Shown: positions 12,501-27,500, counted from the whole stretch's first letter. The stretch is 58,162 nucleotides of DNA, filler included, from Nemertoderma westbladi (GCA_032718475.1; 2 parts of 2 records of this genome joined end to end with filler, not necessarily neighbours in it); one strand, 5' to 3'. Made by a program: numbers and translations. The notes: generated by a model from the sequence alone, not told the origin.

Positions 12501-15500
12501 ACTATGTGTCAGTACATATTTTATTAATCAGTCATTGAAGATCATGGATAGGCGAAGCAATTCGTAAAATGGTCATGGTCAGTTTTTTCAGCAATGTTTT
12601 CCCACATTACCCAGTAAAAATAAATGTACCATTGAGGTAATATAAAAAAAAGTAATTTAATGTAACTAAAAACCAACCACAACTATAATTAATATATAAT
12701 AACTATTTTATAGTGAATCCTTGCCATGGTATTGATTGTAATGGTAAAGGAACATGTAACAATGTGGGAGGTGGTGCTGTATGTGACTGCAGCGAAGGTT
12801 ATGATTCTGTTGGAGGCACTTGTGTTGGTAAGTAATATATTGTATGTAAACAGTAATATACTGTAGCCTGTATATATGTTCTTTTTCATACTATTATATC
12901 TATTATATAGTTTTTATTGACAAATATGTTACACAAATGTAAGTAAAGATAATGGTAGATTCTATATAATTAATTTAAATTAAATTAACGAGTATATTTT
13001 ACAATTCTGTATTGTTTTCATAATTTGTTTCAATGTCATCATCTGTTGATTCTATCTTGGCATCAATTTGGGTTGAACATATTCGTTCTGGTGTTCTTGT
13101 TATGGTTTTTTTTTTCTGATGGTCAGTTATTTTCCCATTCCAAAGCTTCATTGTCAATATTGTCCAGACCGCCAAGACCATCGTACCTGTTTTCATAAGA
13201 TCATAAATCCTTCTCCATAACACACCATGAATCTAGGATTAAAACAATATTGGTGTGTCCTAGTCATCTTTAAACTTACTCCTTTCTTGATATTATAGAT
13301 GAATTTCAAACTCATCCCTGAATTATTTTGAATAGACTGGATCCCGTATTTATATATTCTTTCTTAATTCAAAAATATTTCAAGACATCTGATATATTAG
13401 AACTACGTAAGATTTAAGCAATGAATCACTTTAAGAAAATATGTTGCATATATTTTACTTATCATAATGTATTAAACACTGCAAAAACTATGTGTCAGTA
13501 CATATTTTATTAATCAGTCATTGAAGATCATGGATAGGCGAAGCAATTCGTAAAATGGTCATGGTCAGTTTTTTCAGCAATGTTTTCCCACATTACCCAG
13601 TAAAAATAAATGTACCATTGAGGTAATATAAAAAAAGTAATTTAATGTAACTAAAAACCAACCACAACTATAATTAATATATAATAACTATTTTATAGTG
13701 AATCCTTGCCATGGTATTGATTGTAATGGTAAAGGAACATGTAACAATGTGGGAGGTGGTGCTGTATGTGACTGCAGCGAAGGTTATGATTCTGTTGGGG
13801 GCACTTGTGTTGGTAAGTAATATATTGTATGTAAACTGCAATATACTGTAGCCTGTATATCTGTTCTTTTTCATACTATTATATAGTTTTTATTGAGAAA
13901 TATGTTACACAAAGGTAAGTAAAGATAATGGTAGATTCTATATAATTAATTTAAATTAAATTAACGAGTATATTTTACAATTCTGTATTGTTTTCATAAT
14001 TTGTTTCAATGTCATCATCTGTTGATTCTATCTTGGCATCAATTTGGGTTGAACATATTCGTTCTGGTGTTCTTGTTATGGTTTTTTTTTTCTGATGGTC
14101 AGTTATTTTCCCATTCTAAAGCTTCATTGTCAATATTGTCCAGACCGCCAAGACCATCTTACCTGTTTTCATACAATCAAAAATCCTTCTCCATAACACA
14201 CCATGAATCTAGGATTAAAACAATATTGGTGTGTTCTAGTCATCTTTAAACTTACTCCTTTCTTGATATTATAGATGAATTTCAAACTCATCCTTGAATT
14301 ATTTTGAATAGACTGGATCCCGTATTTATATATTCTTTCTTAATTCAAAAATATTTCAAGACATCTGATATATTAGAACTACGTAAGATTTAAGCAATGA
14401 ATCACTTTAAGAAAATATGTTGCATATATTTTACTTATCATAATGTATTAAACACTGCAAAAACTATGTGTCAGTACATATTTTATTAATCAGTTATTGA
14501 AGATCATGGATAGGCAAAGCAATTCGTAAAATGGTCATGGTCAGTTTTTTCAGCAATGTTTTCCCACATTATCCAGTAAAAATAAATGTACCATTGAGGT
14601 AATATAAAAAAAGTAATTTAATGTAACTAAAAACCAACCACAACTATAATTAATATATAATAACTATTTTATAGTGAATCCTTGCCATGGTATTGATTGT
14701 AATGGTAAAGGAACATGTAACAATGTGGGAGGTGGTGCTGTATGTGACTGCAGCGAAGGTTATGATTCTGTTGGGGGCACTTGTGTTGGTAAGTAATATA
14801 TTGTATGTAAACAGTAATATACTATAGCCTGTATATTTGTTCTTTTTCATACTATTATATCTATTATATAGTTTTTATTGACAAATATGTTACACAAATG
14901 TAAGTAAAGATAATGGTAGATTCTACATAATTAATTTAAATTAAATTAACAAGTATATTTTACAATTCTGTATTGTTTTCATAATTTGTTTCAATGTCAT
15001 CATCTGTTGATTCTATCTTGGCATCAATTTGGGTTGAACATATTCGTTCTGGTGTTCTTGTTATGGTTTTTTTTTTCAGATGGTCAGTTATTTTCCCATT
15101 CCAAAGCTTCATTGTCAATATTGTCCAGACCGCCAAGACCATCTTACCTGTTTTCATACGATCATAAATCCTTCTCCATAACACACCATGAATCTAGGAT
15201 TAAAACAATATTGGTGTGTCCTAGTCATCTTTAAACTTACTCCTTTCTTGATATTATAGATGAATTTCAAACTCATCTTTGAATTATTTGGAATAGACTG
15301 GATCCTGTATTTATATATTCTTTCTTAATTCAAAAATATTTCAAGACAACTGATATATTAGAACTACGTAAGATTTAAGCAATGAATCACTTTAAGAAAA
15401 TATGTTGCATATATTTTACTTATCATAATGTATTAAACACTGCAAAAACTATGTGTCAGTACATATTTTATTAATCAGTCATTGAAGATCATGGATAGGC

Positions 15501-18500
15501 AAAGCAATTCGTAAAATGGTCATGGTCAGTTTTTTCAGCAATGTTTTCCAACATTACCCAGTAAAAATAAATGTACCATTGAGGTAATATAAAAAAAGTA
15601 ATTTAATGTAACTAAAAACCAACCACAACTATAATTAATATATAATAACTATTTTATAGTGAATCCTTGCCATGGTATTGATTGTAATGGTAAAGGAACA
15701 TGTAACACTGTGGGAGGTGGTGCTGTATGTGACTGCAGCGAAGGTTATGATTCTGTTGGGGGCACTTGTGTTGGTAAGTAATATATTGTATGTAAACTCA
15801 AATATACTGTAGCCTGTATATTTGTTCTTTTTCATACTATTATATCTATTATATAGTTTTTATTGACAAATATGTTATACAAATGTAAGTAAAGATAATG
15901 GTAGATTCTATATAATTAATTTAAATTAAATTAATGAGTATATTTTACAATTCTGTATTGTTTTCATAATTTGTTTCAATGTCATCATCTGTTGATTCTA
16001 TCTTGGCATCAATTTGGGTTGAACATATTCGTTCTGGTGTTCTTGTTATGGTTTTTTTTTCAGATGGTCAGTTATTTTCCCATTCCAAAGCTTCATTGTC
16101 AATATTGTCCAGACCGCCAAGACCATCTTACCTGTTTTCATACGATCATAAATCCTTCTCCATAACACATTATGAATCTAGGATTAAAACAATATTGGTG
16201 TGTCCTAGTCATCTTTAAACTTACTCCTTTCTTGATATTATAGATGAATTTCAAACTCATCCTTGAATTATTTTGAATAGACTGGATCCTGTATTTATAT
16301 ATTCTTTCTTAATTCAAAAATATTTCAAGACATCTGATATATTAGAACTACGTAAGATTTAAGCAATGAATCACTTTAAGAAAATATGTTGCATATATTT
16401 TACTTATCATAATGTATTAAACACTGCAAAAACTATGTGTCAGTACATATTTTATTAATCAGTCATTGAAGATCATGGATAGGCAAAGCAATTCGTAAAA
16501 TGGTCATGGTCAGTTTTTTCAGCAATGTTTTCCCACATTACCCAGTAAAAATAAATGTACCATTGAGGTAATATAAAAAAAGTAATTTAATGTAACTAAA
16601 AACCAACCACAACTATAAATAATATATAATAACTATTTTATAGTGAATCCTTGCCATGGTATTGATTGTAATGGTAAAGGAACATGTAACAATGTGGGAG
16701 GTGGTGCTGTATGTGACTGCAGCGAAGGTTATGATTCTGTTGGGGGCACTTGTGTTGGTAAGTAATATATTGTATGTAAACAGTAATATACTGTAGCCTG
16801 TATATTTGTTCTTTTTCATACTATTATATCTATTATATAGTTTTTATTTACAAATATGTTACACAAATGTAAGTAAAGATAATGGTAGATTCTATATAAT
16901 TAATTTAAATTAAATTAACGAGTATATTTTACAATTCTGTATTGTTTTCATAATTTGTTTCAATGTCATCACCTGTTGATTCTATCTTGGCATCAATTTG
17001 GGTTGAACATATTCGTTCTGGTGTTCTTGTTATGGTTTTTTTTTTTCTGATGGTCAGTTATTTTCCCATTCCAAAGCTTCATTGTCAATATTGTCCAGAC
17101 CGCCAAGACCATCTTACCTGTTTTCATACGATCATAAATCCTTCTCCATAACACACCATGAATCTAGGATTAAAACAATATTGGTGTGTCCTAGTCATCT
17201 TTAAACTTACTCCTTTCTTGATATTATAGATGAATTTCAAACTCATCCCTGAATTATTTTGAATAGACTGGATCCCGTATTTATATATTCTTTCTTAATT
17301 CAAAAATATTTCAAGACATCTGATATATTAGATCTACGTAAGATTTAAGCAATGAATCACTTTAAGAAAATATGTTGCATATATTTTACTTATCATAATG
17401 TATTAAACACTACAAAAACTATGTGTCAGTACATATTTTATTAATCAGTCATTGAAGATCATGGATAGGCAAAGCAATTCGTAAAATGGTCATGGTCAGT
17501 TTTTTCAGCAATGTTTTCCCACATTACCCAGTAAAAATAAATGTACCATTGAGGTAATATAAAAAAAGTAATTTAATGTAACTAAAAACCAACCACAACT
17601 ATAATTAATATATAATAACTATTTTATAGTAAATCCTTGCCATGGTATTGATTGTAATGGTAAAGGAACATGTAACAATGTGGGAGGTGGTGCTGTATGT
17701 GACTGCAGCGATGGTTATGATTCTGTTGGTGGCACTTGTGTTGGTAAGTAATAATACTGTCTTGTAGCCTGTATGTATATATTGTATATTTGTTCTTTTT
17801 CATATTATATGTAGTTTTTATTTACAAATTTGTTACACAAAGGCAAGTATTAAATTGCCTAGGTAATCGTTTTTATATTCAGTAGGTAATAATAATGCGA
17901 ACAATATTCGATGATATAATTGTTATATGTAGTAGTATAGTGTTTTGGTTTATGATTTACTGTTTTTAAATTATTTTACATTATGTACTGTGCAAATATA
18001 ATTAGTGGCAGCGGTTTTCTAAGTAGTAGTTTGTATCACTAATGTAGTAAGTTCATTTATTTATTTGTGCTATTTACTATCATTTTGGAGAAACCTCCCC
18101 ACACAGCCACATATGCTGCTGTACTGCTGTACTGTTTAAACTCTGAAATATTGCTGTATTGTCGGAATTTTGAATTTTGTTATTTTATTACATTGGTATA
18201 TTGTCGGTTCCCAGTTTATTGGGATGTCAACCCCGCTCCTTGTAGAAAATGGAGTGTTGTGTTTCTCCTTCCTACGTCTTCAACGAGGGACTCCGTACAA
18301 TGAACTTCTAGAAACCATGCTATGCTATACTGGGTTCTCAACGGCTCACTTCGAGGAGGGTCGATCTCAGCTCCTGGAGCTCATTCCTGACTGTCGAGAC
18401 ATCAGAAAGAAATTTGGACAGAAACATACTGGAGACGGAAAGCGCCGCCGGTTTATTGGCGACATATTGGATTTTTTTGAATCCGCTGAATTCCATGCCC

Positions 18501-21500
18501 TGGATCCAAAACCTCGATTCGTTGTGGAAGATTTCTCAGTCCTCCCTCCGGTATCGACTTCGGGTTCAATTATTTCAACGCTAATGAAGGATATGGATAC
18601 ATTGAAGGCGAAAGTGGCAGTACTCGAGTCTGCAACACCTACGCCCCAAGGTCTCTACTGAATACGTCGGAAATAGGCGATCGCGTTCAGGTTAACGTTC
18701 AACAACCTCCCAGACCCAAACTGGGGGTGAGCTGGGCATCGGTAGCACATTCCAATACCCCCGTTGATGAAGATGGGATGACACTAGTAGGACCTCGTGG
18801 TAGGCCTGCGCGAATAACTCGCTCCAGCAATGACCGGGGCCAGGGCCCGGTCGTCAGGACTGTTAATCGACCAACGCGGCATCCTCAGGTTCGTGGTACT
18901 GGTAATGGACTCTCCCTTCGAGTTGTGGCTCCAAAGGCAAAGGTGTTCAGTTCATATCTCGACTCGAGGTCGATGTAACTGCATTGGTGTTGCTGGATTA
19001 TATTAAGGAAACATTCAAATTCGACGTTGAGTGCAAAGAGTTCAAGTTCAAATATGAGACAAATTACCTCTTTTGTGGTTTCCGGAACACGTGATCAAAT
19101 GGATACCCTGAAATCGGAATCCTCCGCCGATCTGTGGCCAAGCGACTCTGTCGTCCATGAATGGTTCGACAGATCACATCAGCAAAGCGATCAGTCTCCC
19201 TCCACGCATCCAGTCGATAATAATAGTCTACAATAACTGATAATGAGAATAGGATCATACAATGCAAACTCTGTACGAACCAGTAGTAGTCGTCTAGTTT
19301 TAGATAAACTCTGTGAATCATGTGACATTGTTTTTATCCAGGAACATTTACTTCCTAAACAGGACATTCCTTACCTGGGAAAGATAAATAATGAATTTGA
19401 ACATTATGGAACATCGCCTGTAGATCTCGCTAATGGGTCCCTTGTTGGTCGTCCATACAGCGGATTAGGAGTGATTTGGAAACGTACTTTCGCGAGTGCA
19501 ATTGAAGTCGTAGATTCCTCGGATCCACGATTTCTGGCAATAAAAGTTTCGCAGAAGGGCGGTAATGACATTGTCTTAGTTAATGTATACCTGCCTTATG
19601 AGTGCAAGGACAACCAGGATGAATATTTGGAATGTCTCGGAAAGATTCAGGCCCTTATCGAAGCTATCCCTGTAAACCATGTAGGGTTTATTGGCGACTT
19701 TAATGCTGATCCTCGACGACAATTTTATGTCGACTTACTGGCAACTTGCATGGAAACTGGATTGAGAATTATCGACGTGGAATGGCTGCCGCCGTCAACG
19801 TTCACATACGTCAGTGCATCCTACAACTCGACATCCTGGCTTGACCACTTCATATGTAGTGGTACAATGGAATCAATTGTTATGAATATCAGTGTAGATT
19901 ATGACGTATCAACGCTTGATCACATGCCGCTAATAATCGATCTCGACATGGAAGTTGTTTTACCCAAATGAGGAGTCCTCTCCGCATGGCCAACAGGCTC
20001 CCGGGTTCAGTAAACCGGCCTGGGATCGGGCTTCAGACCAGGACAAAGTCAATTACCGACAGGCAACGGCATGTCATCTTAAATCGATAAATTTACCTTG
20101 GGAGGCGTTACAGTGCCGTAACCCGCAGTGTTCGGGTCATCGATCAGACCTTGAACAGTTATACGACAATATTACATCGGCACTGAATTTGGCCGCCGAT
20201 GAAACGATTCCCCATTCTGGAGCTCCGACCATTTCGAAACATGGAATTCCGGGTTGGAATGACGAGGTCAGTGAACTCCACAGGGAGGCTCGCGAACAAT
20301 TTCTTCTATGGCGGGAGGCCAATAGTCCGCGGTCTGGTCAGGTGCATCGATTAATGGTGCTGTCTAGATCGCGGTTTAAACTGGCCTTGCGGCGCTGTAA
20401 AAAGCAACAGGATACAATTCGCAACGATAAACTAGCGTCCTCTTTGATGACCGATTCTAGTTACACGTTCTGGAAAAATATAAAACGCGATGTACAGTAT
20501 AAAACCCCATGTGCCGCTAAAGTAGGGGGTGCATGTGGAGATTATAATATTGCCAACATGTGGAAGGATCATTTTTCTGATATTTTTAACTCAAACCACT
20601 CCAGTGCAGATATTTCTCATATTTTTAACTTTTTTACGGATCTTGAATTTAATAATGAAATGATTTTTAATGTAAGTGAATTACTCAGTGCAATGAATAA
20701 TCTAAAGGAACATAAAGCATGTGGCAAAGATGGTATCTTTGCAGAACACATAATTTTATCGAACCAATATTTACATGGCCTACTATCGCGTTGAGTATTG
20801 ACCTCACCAATACTGAGGTAGGATGTTCCTTTGACGGTACTTGTGTCAATCACCTTTACTATGCTGACGATCTGGTTTTAATTACAACGACTCCTACTTC
20901 CTTACAGCTTCTGTTAGCTATCTGTATGAAATTTGCACACATCAACTTCATTAGCTTTAATCCTAAAAAGTCGAAGTGTCTTATTATACGCAGCAAAACT
21001 CGCAGTGGCTTTGGGGAAGGCAGAATTTTCATATTAGATGGTAAGGTCTTAGAAGTAGTTCAAAAGTTTAAGTACCTTGGACATATAATAACAAGTGACT
21101 TTTGTGATGACGAGGACATCAAGGCCCAGACAAGGAAGTTTTATTCGCGTCCAAACCAATTAATTCGTAAGTTCAGTGGGTGCTCCGATAATGTAAAAAT
21201 ATAACTCTTTTCTAGTTATTGTTCATCTGTTTATTGTAATGCTCTCTGGGCTGACGGTTACTACACACGTAACGTGTTTAATAAACTTTGTATAGCACTA
21301 AATAAATCAGTTAGGAAGTTATTTGGTTTTAAATTGTATGAGAGTATTACAGACACTCGGTGCCAGTTATATGTTAATGTCACTTAGGATTAATTCAATT
21401 AATCATATTCATCGCTTTGCCTTACATAGTCTGTTTTTTAGAGTCAGGAATTCTAATAACTCAATTTTGTCACTTGTACATTCTGTTTGCGTGCCTCAGT

Positions 21501-24500
21501 CAATGCTTTTTAAAACGTATAACCGCCTCCATCTGTAATTAGTTATTTATTTATTTATTTTTAAACAAATTGACGTATTTTGTTGGATAATATATTTCAC
21601 GTTTTTATTAACAAGTCTATGTGAATTGATGATGATAATATTGTGATTTTATTGACTCTATATATTTTTAAGTAAGCAGTATCAGGTACAACAATATCAT
21701 TTTTTTACTAAATGTGCTATAATTATGTAGGCTATGTCATTTATGATGAATATAAAACGATTATTATTACTATATACTCTCTTGACTCACTGTTGACTTA
21801 GGCATATGAAATGTTTTGACAAAAATCTTAAAAATTCTGAAGTATTAATTTTATAATTTTTTTATGCTTAAAATATAGAAGAACAACAACACAATGAATG
21901 CAGTGGATCTAAGAGTCAGTGGTATGACAGAGACGATCCTTCAGGAACTGGAGACTACGAGGTTCTTAAGGGACTCATGTCAACAAATGCCCAAGCTAAA
22001 GAATGTTAGATGATATATTATAATATTAACGATTGCAACATAAATTAATCAACTCTCAATAAAGGTGAAATGTAGGGAATATCCTATTCCACTAGCTAAA
22101 ATATGGACTTTTTTTTAGCTACTCTGATGTATCTTTTAAATGATCTGAACGACTACTATAATCGGCCTGTTGCATTGAAACTGCACATTGAGATGCTATG
22201 CCAGCCCAACAAAAACATTTTGTCACCACCGTGCAATCCACAATTGGCATGTCCAATGCAACGTGCATTAAGAATGCTATGCCGTCTTATCAACTGATAC
22301 TGTTGTAATTCCTGTACATAGATAAAATGTAAATAGGAACAGTAAACCAACCAAATGCATCATTAAACATGCTAAGTAAGTAATAAGTATATAGCCTTTG
22401 ACAAATTAAATAAAGTTATGTTAAATATGGATGAGACAAGATATACAGTAGGAAAGACATGGAACATTAAATCAGTCTAAAAATAGTTGTATCTCATTAC
22501 TGATAAGGTATCCTATGGCCATATGTGCAAATGAGTTCTGAAATAATTTGGTACGAACGTTGGGCATTATGTATTTGCTGGAAAGTCAATGGTGACTCTA
22601 TGACTGTGGAATTCAGTGTCTGACACACTGAAACTGAAAATTCATATATTTACATTTTATATTTTTATACATTTATATTTACTTTATATTTACATATCAT
22701 TCGAAATATTATTTCTACAGGGTTTTCTCAACACAATTGTTTGGAACCAATATCATCCGAAGCTCGAACAAAACAAACACAAATCGATGCCAGGGCTACT
22801 GGAGATAGTTTTTCTATGTATTCAGCTGATGGTCTTATTTGTAAAAACATTGAACAGAGTAGTGGACGTTGGTGTCACGATTATGAGATACAGTTTTGCT
22901 GCCCTGGTATGTATTAGTCCCACATATTATTACTTTACTAGAAAGCCAGCAAGCTGGCTTTAATCGAACCTGCCCCTCAAACCATTACCCTGAGTGCGCG
23001 AAAATGAAAACACGAAAATTGCCATCAACTCAACGATAGAAACACCAGCTGCTGGTACTCATGTGGGCCTAGTAAGCTACTACTATTTATTGAATGATTA
23101 GGGCCAAACTGCAGAGAAGTATATTACTTGCCAATTTTATTACTATCTCACTCTAACCCAGACAGTAATCAAATATCAACTGTAAGTTTGTATAATGTAT
23201 TACCCCACCAGATGAATAACTATTCCCAGTGAATCCTATGGGAATATCATTGTAGGCACTGGGCCGTTCAAATGTTTTATAGGATGATGATAATGAATGA
23301 TGAGGGACACAACTACACTACGTTTGTCTATATGGACGGTCTTTTCTAGTTGAATCATAAATGAATGAATTTACTCTTTTAGCCGAATTAGTGCGTTTTT
23401 TTTGCCGGAATAACAAATTTTGTCGACGTTCTGTGCGAGATTGGCGATATTTGAAAAAATTCTGAGGCACAAATATGTTGCTCAGATGACTGAATATCTC
23501 AAATAAAAAAGTTGGTGCATACTCGACGAGTTGAAATCGGTGAAATTCGACTTTAAATTTTCAAAACCGCTATTTTTCAGTGACCCCGTGATCGAAACGC
23601 CACAAAAAATATACAGTCTTGTGCACAACAAAAATTTGTTATTAAAATTCTTGCGTACCTGCTTGAGTTTTTGAGATATTGGATGGTTATACATATATAC
23701 ACACACACATAACCACATCGTGTTTATCGTGCTCAACTCTTGACAAGAACTACCCTGGCCTATTAATAGGCAGGTTCGTTATAATGTCCTTATTAATAAG
23801 TGATATAGAACCGTTCATAAAAATACCATTTACTTTCATTTTGTTGAATATTGGAGATACAGATGGCCTAGTGCAATTCCTGGAGACCAACTTACAGTAT
23901 AGTTGTAGCTATACAACATGTATGTTGCAGTCGTTTCACAATTTAGTGGTAATCAATAATTATTATCCCAGACCCAGACCTAGGCAAATGAATTTTGCAT
24001 GGGATTCGCCCAACCCAAACCCAACTAAGGTAATGATCCTAAATTCGTCAACACTGAGGTCAATTTCTTTTAATAGCTAATAAATATCCGAGTTTATTTT
24101 TGTACCATCACATTGTTGTATTTTATGGATTTAATAGTGATTAATTGAGAATTGGTACCATTTTTTCTAAATCCTACTCTAAAGATTTGTATCTATTTTC
24201 TGACAATTATTGTTTTAGATTACTTAGGGCTTAGAATATTAATGTGCGAATTATTTTTAAATTGTCATTTAACTCACATAGATTTATAGATTTATAATTG
24301 AACAGCATTTACCTTTTGATCCATGTATTATGATGCAGTCTATGTTTGTAAATTTTGCAGATAGTTTACAATGTTCATCCAAACGCGCTGTTAGATTTCT
24401 TGGTAACTTATGTTTATACGATTGCAGGTCGCGTAGTGGTGCGAATTTTCGAACGATAGGAAATTTGTGCAATTTATATAATCTTACTGATCTTACTGCT

Positions 24501-27500
24501 AAAAATGTAAAAAGTTTAAATTATATTCCACTTTTGAGTACTAATGAATGTAAAGTAAATTTAAGTAATCTTCCAGTTGAACCAACTGATGTTCAACAAT
24601 CCATTATAGAAAAGACCATATAATAGGTGTGCGAGGCAGGCAGTGCAGTTCATAAAATATGCGGCATAAATTTATTTGATCTTATAATAATGTATTGAAT
24701 GAACCCTGCGAAAACTAGAACTAAAACTAGTGAGCATATTATTATTGTTAATCTGTTATTTGAACATCATGGATGGGCTACCCATAACCATACATTTTTA
24801 GCTCTATCCAGTTAAATATGTACGTACATTTGCGATAATATTAGAGAATACTATTATATATAATGAAATTGTATATAATAATAATTTTATAGTGAATCCT
24901 TGCCATGGTATTGATTGTAATGGTAAAGGAACATGTAACAATGTAGGAGGTGGTGCTGTATGTGACTGCAGCGAAGGTTATGATTCTGTTGGTGGCACTT
25001 GTGTTGGTAAGGAATATACCGGTACTTGATAATAGGCCATATATCAGTTCTTTATCATATAATTATATATAGTTTTTATTTAATATTATACTAAACAAGG
25101 GAAGTAAAGTAAAGGCGATGGTATAGATTCTATATAATTGATTTAAATATATTAATGAATATTTGTTAAGGATTTTATTTGAGATTGTCAGTTATTTGCC
25201 CATTCAAAAGGTTCCTTGTCAACATTGTCCTGGCTACCACCACGATCATTTAACCCTATCCAACCTGAGTGTTGGCGTTTTCCGCCAACATTTTATAATG
25301 CTGTGAATTTGAGATATTTAAGGGCTATGCACTTGAAAATTGTTGACTTTTCCTAAAATTTACTGGTGAATCTCGTAGTGTCATTTATTTTTTTGTGCGA
25401 TTTTTAGTTTTTTTGCAAATGAGAATTTGTCAAAGGGAAGTCGAGAATTTTATCCAAATTTACTAAAATAATTCTTGGTGCTGTCACAATATTCCTAAGT
25501 TCTTAATTAATGTGATTCTGGTTGGACAATGCCTTAGCCTTGACACCCAATCAAATACCAAACTATTCAACCAGTTTTACCTGCCAGACAGATATTATTG
25601 AATTGAATTAAATTACAAGTGAAGGTAGATAAGGCATTGTGTTTGTTTACCTCATGCTGGAATTGAGATACCTAAAACACAGCTGGATAGAAAACTGGGT
25701 TGAGATCTGTAGCCAAGTTATCATCTAAGGATGTATTGAATTAAGTCACCAGGAGTCTGAAACTGCCTCAAGCAAAATAGCAAATTAGGTTGGCTTCCCA
25801 GGTTGCTGTTGCAGCATGCAGACAAGCTAATATTGTCTGACCACTTTATTCCAATTATTTACCAATCTTTGTAGTAGTGTACAGAATAGCCCCCAGCCAT
25901 CTGTCCTTTACTAGACTATAATATGAAACACTAAACCCAACATCTCATACAAGGTAGGAGGAGGGAGTAATTTGGTAAAGATAGGCAAATAGCAACTCTT
26001 TCCATTGAAACTATATGATATATTTTTTGAATGGTGCACTCTAATTAATTATTTAAATATTGGATAGTTAGCCATAATATTTTACATTAATTTAAAATCC
26101 ACTATATGCTCCATATATGTGTCTGTTTCCATGCGAAAACGCAACTAATTTTGAACATTTCTACCTCATTCAAAATGTATTCAAAATTGTTGGCAGAAAA
26201 CGCCAACACCCAGGTTGAATCTCGGATAGATTAGCCCAGGTTGAATAGGGTTAAACTGTTTTCATTCCATTCCAAATCCATCTCCATTACAGGATTAGGT
26301 TGAATCTTGGATTGGCTTATATTGATGTTCCATAGTCATGTAGGAATTTACTCCTTTCTGAGTAAGATTGATGCAATAACTCAACTTAAGAAAATAAGTA
26401 AATATATATTCCCCCTTATAACAATGTATGAAACATTGCGAAATATGTGGTCAGAAAAAATATATTGTTAATATGTCATTTGAAGATCATGGATGGACAA
26501 GGCAACCCATAAAATTAACTGGCATGGCCTGTTTTTTATCCACAGTTTTAGCTCTATCTAGTTAAAAATGTACATATGAGGTTATATATAAAAATATCAC
26601 AAAATTATAGTAATTGTAATATAATTGGAACGAAGTCCGACTTCCACTTTCCATTGTCCAGACTTCCAGATTTCCACAACAGGTCATTCATCATCAGTTT
26701 ATTGAGTTGTTTGTTGGCCTGTTTGGATATATAGCAGACTTACGACCTCCAAATATGAAAGAGCAAGCTTGCCTTGCTAAACTAAACTATCTAGGGTATG
26801 GAAATCATCTTGAATAAAGCCTTCTCTGAAGGTAAGGTCTTTTTCCAGGCAGCAGTAAGCTTCTGTTGTTGCGGATGCTTCTCAGGTTTCATCGCATAAT
26901 ATACAATGCCCACTTAACAATCAAGGAACTGTACAATCTCGGTAGCGACCGAGAATTGACACAGCCGAGGGCCACCCAGCAGGCACTGGAGAGGTGACTT
27001 ACCGGTCACTATAGAGCAGCCAGGCGAGGGAAAATGTTGTGGTCAGCCATTGACATTCCCGCAACGTCTTTTGAAAAACCCTGATCTTGATAATGCAGAT
27101 GGATTGGAAGTTATATTGCTGATTGCGAACAGTGGAGAGGTATTGCGTGGCATAGCCATCCCAGTAGTATGGCCAATGTATATATGTATTCGTACATAGA
27201 AGTCCCTTTCAAAATTCTGGAAGCTGCTGCGCTGAAGAGGCTCAACCCTTTGCTGATATCAAACCAAATCGCTACTCTATCTCTGGATATTTGAATCATT
27301 TTTTTTTTTTTAATGTTCTTCATGCATTTTGCATTGTTCATTTTTTAATACTATAATAAAATTATATCATATTCTAGAACATTAATCAACATTAAATAAT
27401 GGAAAATTGCAAGTAAAAATTCTCGAAATTTGGTCGTATTGGGAGGAGGGAGGGGTTGGGGGTGGGGATGGTGGTTTGGGCTTTGGGTCCCTGAATATCG

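Larger units (their letters stand above)
9750..17850 (+). repeat. Tandem array of a ~985-bp exon+intron unit (8 full units plus a ninth exon)
   Basis: Exon-to-exon periods are 975, 984, 985, 985, 976, 985, 984 and 986 bp. Units differ only by scattered SNPs and small indels. Confidence 0.97.
17935..25010 (+). repeat. Segmental duplication copy 2, interrupted by a LINE
   Basis: Colinear with 6148-9890 once 18081-21773 is removed. Confidence 0.95.

Noticed and set aside
9718-17151. Recurrent 60-82 aa ORFs (MKKN.YTGYS..., MFQCHH..., MLWRR...) in the array
   Set aside because: They are antisense shadows of the EGF exon or intronic ORFs whose frames change with poly-T length. The real signal is the + strand exon.
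9750-17850. CRISPR-like or multi-gene cassette interpretation of the array
   Set aside because: There are no unique spacers and no cas genes, the context is eukaryotic, and the units lack their own start and stop codons.
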